Shown: positions 10,437 through 23,400 of the stretch, one piece after another
How positions within the stretch are numbered: position 1 is the stretch's first letter
How the letters are laid out: every line of letters starts with the position of its first letter
NCBI GenBank assembly: GCA_900128395.1
Contig: LT649310.1
Coordinates: 1-40,118 of the forward strand
Direction of reading: 5' to 3'
DNA from: Stramenopiles sp. TOSAG23-2
Taxonomy: Eukaryota
Length of the DNA stretch: 40,118 nt
The notes under the pieces: model-generated
Databases searched by the model: none
Told to the model about the DNA's origin: nothing
The model's input: only the letters and a program-made list of their open reading frames with translations
Program-made: the position numbers and the translations under genes

Positions 10437-10527
10437 TAAGCTGGCCCAGCTGGTAAGCTGGTAAAAGCCAGGTAAGCTGGTAAGCCAGCCCGTAAGGCCA
10501 GCTGGGCCAGTAAGCCTGGTAAGCACC
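10437..10527. repeat. Degenerate (taagctgg)n / ccagc cluster, putative upstream element of the Canopy-like gene
   Basis: taagctggcccagctggtaagctggtaaaagccaggtaagctggtaagccag..., about 270-360 bp upstream of the ATG at 10168. Confidence 0.7.
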
Positions 10528-10629
10528 TAAATATAAAATAATAAAAAATAATACCTTAAAACCGGATAATAAAAAATGATGATGTGCCGGAATAAAATAA
10601 TAGAATGAATGAATCATGCAACTCATCCT

Positions 10630-11283
10630 CACAGACCGTTTATCTCCGGAAGGATTTTCCCCTTAACCCTATACTCTAACTCTTGTATGTACCCCATATT
10701 CTCAGTCACTCGACACCGAGATATACAATTAGCATGCAATAGCACTATAACAATCTGAAAATGTCACATGACAATTCCAATGGTATATCCATACTAAGAT
10801 ATAAACACACACACATATATGTATGTAAAAACATGCAGATGCATGTACATTAATGGAGGTTGATTGGCTTATAAAGGCAATACTTTGCAAATTAGATCAA
10901 CAGCCCGCGCAGCGCAAGTTCGCACGTGTTATATATATATATTACCATGTTTTTAAGTAGATTTTATGAGAATTTGAGAACTTGAAGCTTCCGTGGCGGG
11001 CCTGCGGCGCCATAAGACATAAAATGACCGTTGTAATACATATACACATACATTAACAACACACTTTCTTTTTGCCCCTCTTCGTTTTAATGCTATTCCC
11101 ATGTATTCATCAATGTCTTATATCTTTGACAAAAAAAAATATTTTTCAAAACTTTTTTTTTCATAAGTACCGAAAGCTGCTTCTGGTACTTTTCAGAAAA
11201 TTTCAAGTCAAAAAAATGACGGGAAAGTGTTGAAAAATTAGAGTTACGAATTAGGGCAATTTGCCGGAGATAAACGGTCTGTG
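10630..11283. mobile_element. Non-autonomous TIR transposon (MITE), CAC-terminal, CMC/CACTA-like
   Basis: Perfect 20-bp TIRs CACAGACCGTTTATCTCCGG at 10630-10649 and its reverse complement at 11264-11283, with degenerate extension inward (ccct..actctaa). Flanked by CT on both sides (2-bp TSD). No credible internal ORF. Confidence 0.88.
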
Positions 11284-11589
11284 CTATTATCCTATTACCT
11301 GGTGTTAGGAAAAGTTGACTGAGGATGATGGAACCAGAGAGGATGTACATGATGTAACCTGGCTTAATGAATTAATTATCTTATTATTTAATAGACTAAT
11401 ACGTACGGACGCAGTCGTCTACGGCTACATACAGTATCGTATAGGATTAGGAGGGGGGAAGAGAAAAAAGGGAGGAGGAAAAACAAACATAAAACACATA
11501 AATATATGTATATATCCCACAAATATAGAAACAAAATTATGAATTGGATCAAAATGACATATCAATAATACAGTATATTACATGTACAT

Positions 11590-11678
11590 TCTGCAAACTA
11601 ATACTCTACAAGCATGAGTAGGTTTCTATCCTTCCCTGCGTTGTCGTTGAACGCGCTGGACGTCGGGTTCATTCGAAA
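11590..11678. repeat. Dispersed repeat family X, internal fragment
   Basis: 88/89 identical to 30500-30588. Confidence 0.95.
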
Positions 11679-12077
11679 CCATGAAATATATTTTTTAAAT
11701 TTTATAAATTTTTTAGAACACGCGTGTGTGTGTGTGTAGAACGAAACTCTCTACAAAAAAAAATTTTCCTTTTTTCTAGATACGTAGAGATAATTATTGT
11801 CTCGTTCAGGTTTAATTAAAAATTAAAAAAAAAATATAATATGACAATTATATATTTATTTATAAAAATTAAAAAATATTCTATAATGTGTGCATATGTG
11901 CGCATATTTTTTCTTTTATACTTCGTAAAAAAATACGAACCGTATTATTTTAGAGAATATACCGCGCCGGTACAGTTTTATGTATTAATGCAAAGGTCAA
12001 GTAAAAAGGCCTATATTTGTGTTCCCCGGTCCTACAATTTTACGCTAACCTTTTTATAATTTTCACGTGTTAATACA

Positions 12078-15000
12078 TCATACTTCATCTAGTACTTCTT
12101 CCAAATCATACATGCGGCCAAATGAGGGGCGCCGAGTCGTTATAGATTTAAAATTATTTTTTGAGATAACACTCGGTGAATCATAAGCATACGAGCTCCG
12201 TCTACTATTGTCAATTATACCTAAATCAACATTTTCGTCAAGTGCCTCCCTAATAGCATTATCTAAATCGCTGTTTTGTTTCACAGCAATGGAACTGTTT
12301 CTACGATGTAACTTACTAACCGGCGCCTCTTGCTGGTTACTAGATACTGTATTTATATATCCTTTATCTATTTCTCGCGTAATATCAATTGCATTTGGAC
12401 TAAATTGCAATCGAAAGTGTTCAAAGAAAAACTCAACTACCAATAATAGGCACATAACTAGAAGCACGTATAGATACGAATTGATGTTTCCAAAAACAGC
12501 ACCAAATATTCCCTGCATCTCTTCCCCCCAATAATCACTATACGTATCTAGTATCCAAATAGATCCAAAAAATAATATCCAAGATACCAGTTGGAAAATG
12601 AACGTCCATTTATTCCATGCATTAGTTTCAAACAAGACTTTACATTGCATTGTTGCTATCAAGCAGAAATAAACCATCGTTCCAAAGCTAGCTAATCCGT
12701 CATATTTGCCATCGCTATTTGACAATGGTATTGACACAACTCCATATTTATCAATATACGTTGAATTTGATGGGAACGTTTGTACTCTTTCACCAGCCCA
12801 TACAAGCAGCCCACCAAAATAAACAAATATACTTGTTGCAGCCGCCAGACTCAACCATGCAAACATATTTTTCATACTCAAATATAAATTTAACCGACCA
12901 GTAGCATATAACTCCGGGAATTTCAATACAGTTTTTGCCTATTGCAAATGGATAAAAGTCTGTGTTAGAAGCTGTCGCAGTTAAAACGATTTTTAAATTT
13001 TATAAACTTACAGTAATGTCTTGATTGAATAAACCAATACCTATTACAGGCCATCCTAAGTAGAAATTGTATCCCGCATAAATCCAATCAGTGAACAGCG
13101 TTTGTCCTGAATATGCTGAATATGCTAAGAACCAATACATTGTGAACACTAATACAACGTTTTTATAGAAACCTGAAAGGCATGGCACATATAAAGTGAC
13201 AAGTTAGAGCATGAATTAAAATAACTTTGAGGAGGTATATCTTTTTAGGTTACTTACTGTATAAAAATACTCTAGAACTTCGCAAATAGCTCCATCGCCC
13301 ATGAACTAATAACAAACGCCTTAAATATTGAAATTGTGCTATTGCAAAATCAGAATTATTTACAGCTTGCATTCCTTCTTTTCCGCTAATTCCTATACCG
13401 AGATGGGCCTCTAAAAGCATCCCTACATCATTTGCACCATCACCTATTGCCAATGTCATCGGTTGCTCTGCTTTGCTACCACCACTGCCGGCATTGTATC
13501 GCATTAAACGTACAATAAGCGCTTTTTGCAGTGGAGAAACCCGGCATGCAATCACTACATCGCAAATTTGGCCTAGATTTACAAAGTCTATTTCTCTGCT
13601 TTTAGTTTCTAATATATACTCCAACGCTTTCCCAGTTATTACTAATGCTAATTTTCCACTTCCATTGTTCTCGCCATTAGTTGCGTCGTGCTGATCATTG
13701 CTCATATTAAAACTATTATCATTGCCTAAACGTTGCTCCAAGCCTCGGGGTTTAGCACCATGCAGCGCAATGGATCCAATTGTCATAACTGTGCCTGCAA
13801 CAAGATGTGCAGCACTTGTAACTTGATCTAATGCCTGTACGAATAAGTTTTTCTTTTCATGTATTGCACCAAATGCTTTGCATAGGTTTTTTAATTGCGT
13901 TCCAACAGTAACATCGTCTGCACCATCTAATTTAACCACTGTGGTTTCTTCTTGCAATAATTTACATGAATATCCTATATTGATTGCAGTCTCTTGTTTA
14001 TCGCCCGTTAAAATCCATAATTTTATGCCTGCTCTTGCAAGATCAAATATTGTTTGATCCACGCCATCTTGTAACCTATCTTCAATTGCAGTGATGCCTA
14101 AAATTTTTAAATCTTTCTCTATTTTTTCAGCAACATTTGCTAATTTTTTGCCACGATCTACAATAGATTTACGAGCTTTCTCATATGATGTATACCAATT
14201 TTTAAATTCACTTTCGCTTATTGTTCTTTCCGCAACTACTAGTGTCCTTAAGCCAACTTTAGCAAATTCGGATAAGTTCTTATTATAGACACCATTATCA
14301 GATACGTCTTCTGATTTTGCGCACCGCGATAATATGACATTATCTGCACCTTTACATATTAATTTGATTTTTTTTGTACGAACATCACGTACAATTACGC
14401 TCATTCTTTTACGAGTTGAATTAAACTCATTAATCGCAAGCAATGCATAACTTTTTTGCTCCATATTTGGGCATTGTATTTTTATACTATCTTTCCCAGC
14501 TCTCCCTAAAAATACAAATCCCATTTGTGCAGCACCTTCTACTAATGCAGCTTCATCGGGACTTTCTGCGCGATAGCACAATGAAGTGTACTTGTCATTA
14601 TTGTTGTTGTTGTTGTTGTTGTTGTTATTGTTGTTTCCACTCATAGTTTCATCATGTTCCTTATCGTTCTTTGTTTCGGCAACTACGGTGTGACATAATG
14701 CGAGTGCAGTAAAAAAATCTCTTCCTTTTACAAACTGCATCGATTTATTATTTTTACTTAGTAGAATAGCCTTTAAACGATTATCTTGAAATGGACCTGT
14801 CACTTCATCAACTTCGCCAAATGGCAGCCCTCCACCACTTGGATTACTTGGAAAAAAGCATTGTCGCAAATGCATTTCATTGCATGTTAACGTCCCAGTT
14901 TTGTCAGAAAAAATCCATTGCACCTGACCTAAATCACCAATCAAACTGGAACTTCGCGCTACTGCCGGTGTATCTGTTTTCTCATAGTACATTTCCCTAT

Positions 15001-16390
15001 CGTTATCAATCAGAAAGGCTTGTCCATAGTTAACCATTTCAATGGTTACATATAACGATATTGGTACCACATTATTGAATAACACGAAAAATGTTAAAAA
15101 TAGACCAAACCTTGGGCCAAGGATCAGTTTTGTATCTTTTCCACCTAAATAAGCAGGTACAACTCCATTAAAGATAGTTTGTTCAAAGACGATTCCATAT
15201 GTTGTACTAAATAATGTCAAAATAATTTGGAAAAGAATAATCAATTCAATGCATTTATTTATCAATTTGTCCATGCGCGATATTTTTGATGGAATAGCCC
15301 TTGAATTTTGCATTATTTTACTATCTTTGCCTGTATAAACACATAATCCCCATACCCATCCAGTGTTACGTAACGTACTACCACGTAACAATAAATTCTG
15401 TGGGCCAGCTGGAATTGTTTCTATAATGTTGGATTCTTTGTTATTTTGATTATTCATATTAATAGTATTAGCAGCAGTAATACCAGTAGTAGAAGTAGTC
15501 CAACTATTACGATTTTTGTTTGTATTTTCTTTGACATCGTTATTATGCAACGTCACTGTGCCGACAAATGTATTGATTGATTTATTCGGTTTTTCAAAAC
15601 GAATCGATCCTCTAAAATATTTTAAAATCCTTGTTATTACGAGTTCCTCCTTAACAATGCCACTACCATTAGATGGTTCCACGATATTCATTTTAAGAAT
15701 TTCTATACTTTCTCGTAGCTTCAAATTAGTCTCACCATCTATATTGCTTGTCTCAACAAAGCAAGTGCAACCACCATTGCCATTTTCAGTGCTAGATGCA
15801 ATTACTAATAAATCTGCTGGTATAGCATCTGTATCTTTTACATAAACTAAATCACCGACACGTATATTTTCCCAAGATATACCTTTTACAAGTTCAAACG
15901 TATTTAGACTAGAAGTAGGGTCGTTATTACGCATGACGGTTACTTTTCTTTGATTCAAACTCGTATCGGATCTTCTGCGTTTTAAATCCTCTAAGCCTTC
16001 TTTAAGGCAAGTTAAAATAACAATTAAACATAGAGGACCGACAGTAGTGTATGGATTTAATGAACTTTGAAATAAATCCGTATACAAGCCTAGTAACATA
16101 AGAGCAGACATTAATAAGAAGAAAACATTTGCTAAACGTCGAAATTGTTCAAAGATTGATTTCGGGAAAAAATTTAATGCAGTATATCGTGTAGTAGAAA
16201 TGCTATTGTCGCAATATATCTTATTATCCTGCCCGATAGCAGCGAAGCAATCATCATCCCCAGTTTCATCTTTGCCATTTAGATTGATATTATTATTATT
16301 ATTATTTAATAAGGGTTCATCAAATTCCATATTAATTTCGAATGAGACGCTGCGATGCTTTTTATTTCTATTACTATAGCTATTTTTCAT
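12078..16390 (-). CDS. P4-type ATPase (phospholipid flippase); exons 16390-13258, 13172-13012, 12938-12078
   Basis: NIDGETNLK, PISLYVT, FSDKTGTLT, LTGDK and IGDGAND motifs. Splicing the two introns restores FLYSFYKN and NQDITAKTVLKFPELY. First ATG at 16390, alternative at 16330. Confidence 0.96.
12939..13011 (-). other. Spliceosomal intron 2 of the P4-ATPase (73 nt)
   Basis: GTAAGT donor, CTAAC branch point, ...caatAG acceptor; the reading frame is restored. Confidence 0.92.
13173..13257 (-). other. Spliceosomal intron 1 of the P4-ATPase (85 nt)
   Basis: GTAAGT donor, CTAAC branch point, pyrimidine-rich ...tttcAG acceptor; the reading frame is restored. Confidence 0.93.
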
Positions 16391-17273
16391 TAGTCCAGTA
16401 AAGCCGTTTTTGGATCGACTTATAGAAATAAAAAGATAGAAGAAAATGGTAGTTGTTATAAACGTTTGCACGTTTGAAAGAAAGATTGAATCATGAAATG
16501 CTATATTAATAATATTCAAAATATATATGATAGTCTATATATTATTTTGGAAAAAATACTGTAATATAAAGCACTACCTGTGTGCACCTGGACTACACAA
16601 ATGGGCTCTTAGTTTATTCTATCAAAATAACTATTGGAGCCAATATATATATATATAGCCAGCCCTAAGGCCAGCTATTTTTGGATTTTTTGTAATATCC
16701 AATACCTCTCTATCAAATATATATAAATTAGTATACTAAATTAGTACTTAAATTAACCGTCGTTTTGAAATCCACTAATAATTGAAATAATCCTTCTCAT
16801 TTACAATATTTACAAGGTAAAAGCTGAATATAAAATATATTTGCTATCTGGCTATCCAGAGGCTATTATATCTAACACTACTCTACCACATTAATACTAA
16901 CGAGTATACGATAAGCACATATATAAATTCCTCTATATATTATAATAATTTAAGGGAATCAATCATAAAGTAGCCATTATTTCAAAAGAAAGCCTGGAAA
17001 GCCTGAAAGCAGTTAAAAAAAAAACGACATCTTCCTTTTCCGCTAATTAATCCGATTTGGTACAGTACAACAACATGGTAATATCACCGGGATTATTATT
17101 AATATATTTATTTTTTAATATAATAACAATGTATCTATGTCTTTTTGACAAACAACAACATAAACAAATATTTTACAACGATTAAAAAAGAATATATATA
17201 TATATACATAGGTGAACCAGTATTTGAAACGTAATACATTACAATATTATATATATTCATACATATATCTAAC

Positions 17274-18125
17274 ATGAGTACAAAAGAAAGTGATGTAGAA
17301 ACCGTATGTAGTGGTGTGCGTTATAGCAATGCCCACCGGACAGGAAAAGGTATATTATTAACGGCTGTTGGAAGCGGTGAAGTTCACATTTTAAGTGAAG
17401 GAAGTACCGAGCCTGAATTAGTTGCAAGGACAAATGGTCAACCTGCCGGTGTTGCTATGGATTCAACTGGGCGAATTTATATTGCAGATGCTGCAATGCG
17501 TGCAGTGACCCAAGTGACGGAAGATGGGAATAAAGAATTTGTTAAAGAATATGAAGGTAAAACTTTTTGTGGTCCGAATAGCTTAGCATTTGGGCCAGAC
17601 GGATCAATGTATTTTACCGATAGTGGCCCACTCGGGGAAACTACTCTACAAAATTCATCTGGCAGTTGCTTTTGTATAACGATGCTTCCTAAAGGGGACG
17701 AAGGCGAACAAATTTTAAAACCTTTAGTACATGAATGCCTTGCTCATCCAAGTGGTATAGCAGTCAGTCCTGGAGGTAAAAATATATATGTTAGCGAAAT
17801 GTTATGTAATCGAGTTTTGAGGCTATTTGAATATCCAGCCGGTGTATGGCAAACTAGTGTTTACTATCAATTTTCAGGAAAAGTGGGACCATCAGGATTA
17901 GCATGTGGTTCAGATGGAACTTTATATGTTGGTAGATTTGAACCTTCAACATGTGCTTTGCCTGGAGCCGTTGGTATTGTTAGCGTTATATCCCCAAATG
18001 GGACTATAGTGAGAGATATTGTTGTCCCTGGCCCATCTGTTGAAGGTGTAGCACTGTCAGATGATGAGACTTGTTTATATGTATCAGAAGCATCTACAAA
18101 ATGTGTCTATAAAGTTGCTTTGTAA
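17274..18125 (+). CDS. SMP-30/gluconolactonase/LRE-like six-bladed beta-propeller
   Basis: GPNSLAFGPDGSMYFTDS, PSGIAVSP, GPSGLACGSDGTLYV and related blade repeats. Confidence 0.9.
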   Translation: MSTKESDVETVCSGVRYSNAHRTGKGILLTAVGSGEVHILSEGSTEPELVARTNGQPAGVAMDSTGRIYIADAAMRAVTQVTEDGNKEFVKEYEGKTFCGPNSLAFGPDGSMYFTDSGPLGETTLQNSSGSCFCITMLPKGDEGEQILKPLVHECLAHPSGIAVSPGGKNIYVSEMLCNRVLRLFEYPAGVWQTSVYYQFSGKVGPSGLACGSDGTLYVGRFEPSTCALPGAVGIVSVISPNGTIVRDIVVPGPSVEGVALSDDETCLYVSEASTKCVYKVAL

Positions 18126-18915
18126 AAAAATATACATGTACGACGAGTATATATAATATAAAATAAAAATACATTTTATTTTCTATTATTGTATATACAA
18201 ACCGTATTATGTATTATGGTGGTTAAATATCTAGAATATTCTTGCGGGGGGTATAATTTCATATTTGCATCATATCCTCTTCTATTAATATTATATTTAA
18301 TATCAAGTGTGATATTCTCCTCGAATCCGTTTGAATCGTGCCGTTGTTTTCCTTCTACATGTTATAATGCTTTAATAACACTATACACATGCCGTACTTA
18401 TTAATATTCTGTGCCTATTTAACTTAAATGTTCTGTTGTCCTGGGCTGGCCCAGCTGGGTTACTGGGCTGTTTACTCTGGGGTTCTAAAAAAGGGATTCC
18501 GTATGACACTAAACCTGATAGCCAGATAGCACTACGTAAGTACACACTAAACCGTTTTATTATGCAACAGCCTTTTTTATTTTCTGATACTTCATGTTAA
18601 ATGTGTGATGTGCCATTGTAGACAAAATTACTATTAATACCTGTATCATATAGACAATAATACAATTATTAGTATAAGCCCCAGTAGTGCATTTTTTTAT
18701 TTATAATACTTTACCTGGTAACTACTATTATCGACAAAAAAAGCATCAATATATATATTAAACATACTACTGCATTATACATTTGAAGTCAGGTTTATTA
18801 TAACAAATATTAACATTTTTATTAATACTGTAAAAGAAAACTTGAGTCTCAAAATCGTGTGGATAAATAACGTGTTATATTACAAAACAATTAATCAACA
18901 ACTTTTTTCATAAAG

Positions 18916-19584
18916 ATGGCAGAAGAAGAAGAGGTCCCATATACTGTTACATACCTTGATGGTGAGGCAGAAGAAGTAACATGGATAAAAAGAGCTGGAA
19001 AAGCTAGAGTTCAATATAAAAACGGTGATATTTATGAAGGGACATATAACGAAAATCAACAAAAACATGGGTTTGGGAAATATACCCATAAGCAACCAGA
19101 AGTAGAGGATGTACCATCACCAGAAGTTTCATATGAAGGAGATTATTCAAACGGGTTGAGAGAAGGTGTAGGGCTTATGAAATTTCCAGATACTAGTCGT
19201 TACCATGGACAATTTTCTAAAGGACTTCGCCACGGACAAGGTTCATACATATATCCGAACGGTGACGTTTATAGCGGTCAATGGGTAGAAGGCTGTAAAG
19301 AAGGAGCAGGGACATACTTGTTCAAGTCAAGCGACAGCTACTTCAAAGGGACGTGGAAAAATGGTGAAATAACATCAGGAGACTGGACACATAAAGACGG
19401 AACAACTTGGAACGGTACATTCGCCAATGGAAGACCTTGTGGATATGGAACTTTTACATTTAAAAATGGCAACGTACAGTCAGGCGAATATATTGAACAA
19501 AAAAATGATGCTCATCCTACAGACGAATTTGCTACCATTCCAGTTTGGATCGGTGAACAAGTTTCACGCCAGCAAAAGAAATAA
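18916..19584 (+). CDS. MORN-repeat protein, radial spoke head 1 (RSPH1/RSP10)-like
   Basis: Tandem MORN repeats (YEGTYNENQQKHGFGKY, YHGQFSKGLRHGQGSYIYPNGDVYSGQW). Size and layout fit RSPH1. Confidence 0.88.
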   Translation: MAEEEEVPYTVTYLDGEAEEVTWIKRAGKARVQYKNGDIYEGTYNENQQKHGFGKYTHKQPEVEDVPSPEVSYEGDYSNGLREGVGLMKFPDTSRYHGQFSKGLRHGQGSYIYPNGDVYSGQWVEGCKEGAGTYLFKSSDSYFKGTWKNGEITSGDWTHKDGTTWNGTFANGRPCGYGTFTFKNGNVQSGEYIEQKNDAHPTDEFATIPVWIGEQVSRQQKK

Positions 19585-19612
19585 TTTCACACAAATGAAG
19601 CGGGAACTTATA

Positions 19613-20059
19613 GATATTCTCATAAAATAGAATACCAATGAAGGTAAATAGATTGTATCAACTTACAGTTGATGAAAAACGGACATCATGTGATAGGAAG
19701 AATATACATTATATAAAAAATTCTCTTATACATGATGCACATACGAAGTACGAGCCGTATCATATTATAAAAAATGATGGTTAAAATCTAAGTTATAATA
19801 ATTTTACTTTTCGTATTATATGTATCGTAATGCATTATATAATATTTTAACCAGATCAATATATTAAAAATTACATTTGATGTAATAATATATATATGAT
19901 ATGTCATATGATACACCATTTATTCTCCGCCTTCCTATGATATGCATATGATGTATCAAATATATATTATGATATCATACGTTTTCCATCAGCTATTATG
20001 AGTAGTTGATAACGTACTATCTATTTACCTTCATTGGTATTCTCAATTATGAGAATATC
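19613..20059. repeat. Long imperfect inverted repeat (fold-back or old MITE-like) enclosing a family-X terminal fragment
   Basis: Arms at 19613-19681 and 19980-20059 share the exact 25-mer agaataccaatgaaggtaaatagat plus flanking matches. No TSD seen. Confidence 0.85.
19776..19809. repeat. Dispersed repeat family X, terminal fragment
   Basis: gatggttaaaatctaagttataataattttactt matches the left ends of the copies at 30365 and 36418. Confidence 0.8.
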
Positions 20060-20460
20060 AACACACTAGTGTGAGATAGATTATTTCAGTTATTGTATTC
20101 TTTTGAATAGTAGGAATTATCAATGAGTAAATTAAAACAATAAATTATGCGTCGTAAATTAAATATATACACCCAAATATTATTTTAAAAAAAACAATAT
20201 TATATTCTATCATATATGATAGATGATAATATCATATGCATATCATATGATACACTTTACACACACTCACACACTTTATCATATTAAAGCAAGTACGTAT
20301 CATACGAATCGTACGTAAAAAGCTAGGAAGCGTATGACATTATATGTGAATATATATGCATATATCATACCGCGGCAAAACAATTTTATGAATATCATAT
20401 CATATGCATCATACAAAAGTATGATTTTTAATGATATCATGTATATTATGATCATCACAA

Positions 20461-23400
20461 TTAATCCTCCAACATTTTCATTTTTTCTTTCGACATTTCA
20501 CTTTCAAGGCTAGCAGCTTGTTGAGCATTTCGTTTAGTAGATGCTTTACTTGTTTGTAATACAGACAATAATTTCTTTTGTTGTTCGACTAAAAGTTGGA
20601 CTAAGTTCCTTTCTAATTCTTTCATTTCGTCTTCTTTATCTTGTCTGGCATCGTCTAATTGTTGCAACTTCTTTTCAACGCGGGCTAAATGATCTCGTTT
20701 CTCTTGAACTCGTTCGAGAACACGTTCAAATTCTTGATCCAATCGACGTTTCTTCTTCGCGTGAGCAACATTGATACGGCCATCTTGTATAGCACTTTGT
20801 TTACTCATTTCATGTATTTGCCTTTCTATTTCCTTCACTGTACCTTCTAACCTGGCATTCTCTTTTAACAATGCATTTCGCTGTTTATCGACCTCTTCTT
20901 TTTGTTCTATCAAAGCTGCTAGGTCCTTTTGTAACACGGTACTCTGAACTTTGTGCTCCATGAGCATTGCTCTTTTATGATTGACTAAGGTATCATGCAT
21001 AGCTGCACGTGTTTCTTCGTGTAATCTTACTTCTGCATCTAATAAACGATTCTTATCACGAAGCAACGTCAATTGCTTTTCCTTCGCTCTTGTTAGCTCT
21101 TTAACTCTTGCATCTGCCTCTCGGCGAGCATCTGCTAATGCCTTCTTCTTGTTCTGTGCTTCTTGAATTTTACTTGAAATTAAATATAATCTCTGCATAA
21201 CACCAACACGGCGAGTTCCTGTCAATTGATTTTTTAAATCGTATGCCTGATCCTCAGCTTCCTCAAGTTGCTCTCTGGTGTGTTCTAAATCTTCAAGAGC
21301 CTCTTGTTTTTCTTTTTCTGTTTTTTGTAATGCATCTGTTAACCTTCCAACTTGTTTCTCTCTTTGCTTCTCCAGCATTTGAACGGCATGATCTAATTCA
21401 CGGCGTGCCCTGTCTGCTAAATCTTTCAATGCTTTTTCTTTCTCTGCGCGTGCAGCTTCCGCGGCATTTGTCATGGTTGTGTTGTGATCGTTGACTAATT
21501 TTGCTACTACTCTTTCTTGTTCTTTTAAACATTCACTTCTTACGGTATCGGCGCGTCGTTTAGACTCAGCAACAGCTCTTCGTAGGGCGGCATCTCTTTC
21601 CGCTGCAGCTTTTGCTTCAGCTTGTTCCACCGCATTTCTTTGTCTTGTTTCAGCTAGCTTTGCAGCACCGTCAAGCGCTTCTTCTGTTGCTCTATCACGT
21701 TGCCTTAAAACTTCTTCGTGATCTAATTGCTTTTGTTTCAACTGATTTTCTGCGTGCGTTCTAGCTCTGTCTAAAGCTCCTTCCAAAGCAGCTTGTTTCC
21801 GAGCATCTAAATCTTTCAATGACGCTTCTAAACGCATGTCAGCCTCAGCAGCTGCTTTTTCCAACGCTTCCTTTTGAACTCTATTAGCTTCCTTTCCGGC
21901 ATTTTCCAAACGTAGATTTCCGGCTTCATGCTCCTCTTGAACTGCATGAGCTTTTTCTCTCATCATCTCCGCGCGAAGTTTTGCTTTGTCTTTTTCTGCC
22001 TCGGCCATACATTCTTTCAAGGTCGATTGCCATTTCGAGGTTTGATATTGTAATGCGGCAGTCTTAATTTTGTCCGCTTTTTGTCGTAATTCTTCCAGCA
22101 TAGCTTCTCTCTCTGCTGTAGCTTTTGCAAGCTCACTTTCCAGGCGTTCTTTTGATTTGTATCGCTGTGCTGCTAATTGTTCCTCAAAGGACAAAGCTGC
22201 CTTCTTCAATGCTTCTTCCTTTTCAGCTTCGTTCGCCTTTTTCAAGTCATTGATTTCAGCATGACGAGCGGCTACTTGTTGTGCAATTGCCAATTCTAAT
22301 TCTTTCTGTTTTTGAAGTGACAGGACTTCCAACGCATGTTTTTGAGCTTTGGTTGCTTGATCAGCTGCAAGAGCTAATGCTTCATCCTTCTTCTCTTCCA
22401 TTTCACGTATAGTTTGGTTTAATCGATCGCTTGCCCTTTGCATTTCCTTTGCATGTTCCAATTTAGTCCTATTTGTTTCATCGTTGTGCATCGCTTTGAG
22501 TGCAGATTCCGCTGTTGCGACTGCTTCACGAAGCTTTGCAGCAGCTTCTTCTGCTTGCTTATTACGAGCTTCTTCTGCTACTTTAGAAGCTAGTTCTAAC
22601 GCAGCTTCTTGCTGCCTTGCAGCTTCTGCTTCGGTTGCTTGAATTGCAACATATTTTTCATTTTCTGCAATTTGATGTGCTTTTTCTGAGGCTGCTTTAA
22701 ATTCATCATGCAATGTTTCTACTTCATTTGCATGATTATTGTTGATATTATGTACATTTTCAGCATGCTCATCGGCAGCTTTTTCAAGTGCAAGTCTTCT
22801 TCTATTATTCTCGCGCATCCTATGAGCCCTTGTATCTTCCATTGCCATATTTGCATTTTCTAGTCTGCGCCGATCCTCCATTTCCTTCAGAGCACTGATA
22901 GCACCATCTTTATTCAACCTATACTCTTCTAATAACAATTCACACGTTCTATCCTTATCATGTTTGGCTTTTATTCTTTCCTCCTCCAACGTTTTATTAA
23001 ATTCTTCCGTTTTCATATCGGAGACTCGTTGGATAAGAGTGGCTTCTTTCCATTTATCTAACATATTCTTTGCTCGGTTGTATAACCATTTTTGCAAAGA
23101 GTTTGTCATCCTTTCTGATGCTATTAATTTTTGATGTTGGCGTTTTTCAAATTTCATGTTATCCTTCAATCGAAGCATTTCTCGTTGTGTCGCACTAACT
23201 TTAGCCATATTGGATTTAATCTGCTCTTCTGCTGAGGCAATTGCAGCATTCTTCGCATCACTCATTTCCTTTACAGTTTGCTGTATTGCAGCCATTGCAC
23301 GCTCGTGGCGTTTTTGTGCTGATTCTGCAGATGCTTTCTCACGTTTGAGCGTGCTCCTTGCTGTTTGCAAAGCCACTTCTAGTCTAGATGCACTTTGTTT

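Noticed and set aside
10437-10527. CRISPR array or telomeric repeat
   Set aside because: No constant repeat with unique spacers and no regular telomeric unit; these are degenerate short words only.
14598-14634. (AAC/AAT)n poly-Asn tracts in coding regions
   Set aside because: Ordinary for AT-rich protist proteomes.
16391-16519. N-terminal extensions in the ORF track (P4-ATPase here; also DCP2 32250-32288)
   Set aside because: They rely on non-ATG starts in a eukaryote; the first in-frame ATGs were used instead.
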